Position numbers and translations under genes: made by a program | Assembly: GCA_002269645.1 (NCBI GenBank) | Contig: NIVC01001094.1 | Location: 1-64,000, forward strand | Direction: 5' to 3' | Source of the DNA: Macrostomum lignano | Taxonomy: Eukaryota | DNA: 64,000 nucleotides | Shown: one piece after another, positions 62,250 through 64,000 of the stretch | Layout of the letters: each line of letters opens with the position of its first letter | How positions within the stretch are numbered: position 1 is the first letter of the stretch | Notes under the pieces: model-generated | Seen by the model: only the letters and a program-made list of their open reading frames with translations | Databases searched by the model: none | Told to the model about the DNA's origin: nothing

Positions 62250-62760
62250 GAGCTCTTCGATTGGAATTAAGATGGCAAAGTTAGCCTGATTTTGGGCCAA
62301 ACAGACGGAACGGTGGGGCGTGGCTTTAGCTTAGTCTAAGGACATGGCGGACCCAAAATTCTTGCTATTTAAGTTAGTTCTCTTGCCTCCACCGGGTCAG
62401 AATCATCAGCCCCGCGCATGGCCTCGGGTAATGCCTAAAGGTCGGTGTGGGTTCCCCGTGCTAAAATTAGCAACAGCACGCAGCGCTTCGTAGGCAGCTT
62501 CACGCGGCGGGAGCGTGGCTCGTGGCGTGAATCGTATAGGCAGTGTACGCAAAGCTGAGGCCAGTGGGGGCGTGGCCCCGAGACCCAGTGCACAAAGTGC
62601 ACGCATGGTCAGAAATTCCCTCCTAACTTGTTTCAGCTTAGCCCGGTGGTTTGTAATTTCGGAAGTGACGATGCCATCACACATGGACTGCGTGATATTG
62701 CCACACTGGCCCGCCTCCGCCCCATTTCCACCTATCCAAGCCCCACCCCAGTCGAACTAG
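62250..62760 (-). promoter_or_regulatory. GC-box-rich promoter region of the KLF gene
   Basis: GGGGCGTGGC at 62315 and 62567, CCGCCTCCGCCCC near 62711, GCCCCACCCC near 62740, CGGAAGTGACG at 62660, and YY1-like ATGGC motifs near 62270 and 62342. Confidence 0.55.
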
Positions 62761-63479
62761 ACCGACTAGACGAGCAAATATTTTCCCCCTAAAGTTCGGC
62801 CTATGACCTCGTTGCCTGAAGGCCGAGCAACAAGAACAGTCTTCTTATCTTAAAGATTGCTTAACAACCAAAATCCACAAAATCCACGTAGAATCCGATC
62901 CAGTGCTGCATGATCATCCTGAATCTAAAGCTAAAACTCAAACTAATTGGGGTTATTTTTCGCAGATGAATGACGAAACTCAAACAGTTGAACAACTATA
63001 ATAATTATTATATGTAATATTATCATAGCTCAACCTTTATTACAATTTACACAATCTCTCATAAATATGTTTAATATCTGCTGGACCAGACAAAAGACTT
63101 ATTTTGCAGCGCCATAAATAACTTTAGTCGTCACATGACTGGTTCAAAGTGCATTTGACTATCTGTTTATTGTATGTTCAAGCCGAATTTTCTGGTGCAA
63201 ATTAATACGAGCTAATCTGGCATGGGCATGCGCTAGCTAAAGTAATTTAAATTTTTAAAAAGCAAAAAATCATATGTAATAATTTATCTCGGAAATATTC
63301 CTGTGAATGCAGTTAATCCATCTTAAGAAATGCGTTAACCAAATTGAATGCCTTTTTATTGAGAAAATGGGTTCTTTTGGCAAACTTAAATTGGCTCCCA
63401 TTGTGCTATTCTACTTAAAGTAGCTTGAACGGGACACCGCAATGGAGAGTAATTTTTCTTACTATACAAAGTAATCGGA

Positions 63480-64000
63480 AATCTACAAAATCAGATGTTA
63501 GCACTCATTTTGGCGGCACAGGCAAGTACTCATTTCAAGGACGACTTAAGTAGAAAGACGCAACACTCGAAATCTATGGTAAATGTTTTGAAGGCAACTT
63601 TTCGCCGAAAAATACACTACAGAGATAAGAGGTTTTATTTTTTCAGCAAAAAATTGTTATTGCTTTTGATAGGAGGCAGATCCAGTGTTCATCTTTTGAT
63701 ATGTTGTGCCTTTCTTATTGCTCTATCGATATTCATAAAGCTTATCGTTCAGAAATAGTTTTAAAGGCAGGTTTCACCGGAAAAATACACTACGGAGATA
63801 GGAAATTTCACGATTTTCAACACTAAAGCATGCAGTGATTGGGTCTCTTAAAAGCTAGTGTCAGAGAAAGTCCTAATCACACTATTTTTGTGCCTCACAT
63901 GCTGCTCTAACGACGCATTAATCGATTTTTCATGTTAAACTTGTTTACTTGAGTAGTCCTTGACTTATTTTAGCATCTCAGGCACTCATTTTAGCGCCGA
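63480..64000. mobile_element. Dispersed repeat fragments (same family as 10326-10560)
   Basis: Shared CGCCGAAAAATACACTAC.GAGATA. GCACTCATTTTGG also occurs near 45085 and 52410. Confidence 0.55.

Overview
Eukaryotic (animal) genomic DNA with spliceosomal introns, GC-rich exons and introns filled with minisatellites. This style resembles a free-living flatworm such as Macrostomum, which is an inference and not a database result. Genes reconstructed by hand from splice sites and reading frames: an MFSD4-like transporter running off the left edge (-, two frameshifts), a small secreted two-Cys peptide precursor (-), RasGRP (+, about 15 coding exons, two GC-AG introns), a CEP170-like FHA protein (+), MOCS1A/MoaA with no visible MOCS1B (+), two tandem CNBP-like zinc-knuckle/RGG genes (+), an NPY/NPF-receptor-like GPCR (-) and an intronless KLF10/11 (cabut)-like factor (-). 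Mobile DNA includes a Tc1/IS630-like deletion derivative, a cluster of THAP/P-element-like remnants between two inverted satellite arrays, tRNA-derived SINEs and palindromic MITE-like elements. Almost all long ORFs in the supplied track are translations of tandem repeats. No CRISPR array, rRNA or intact tRNA gene is supported. Exon boundaries are manual and need RNA-seq confirmation.
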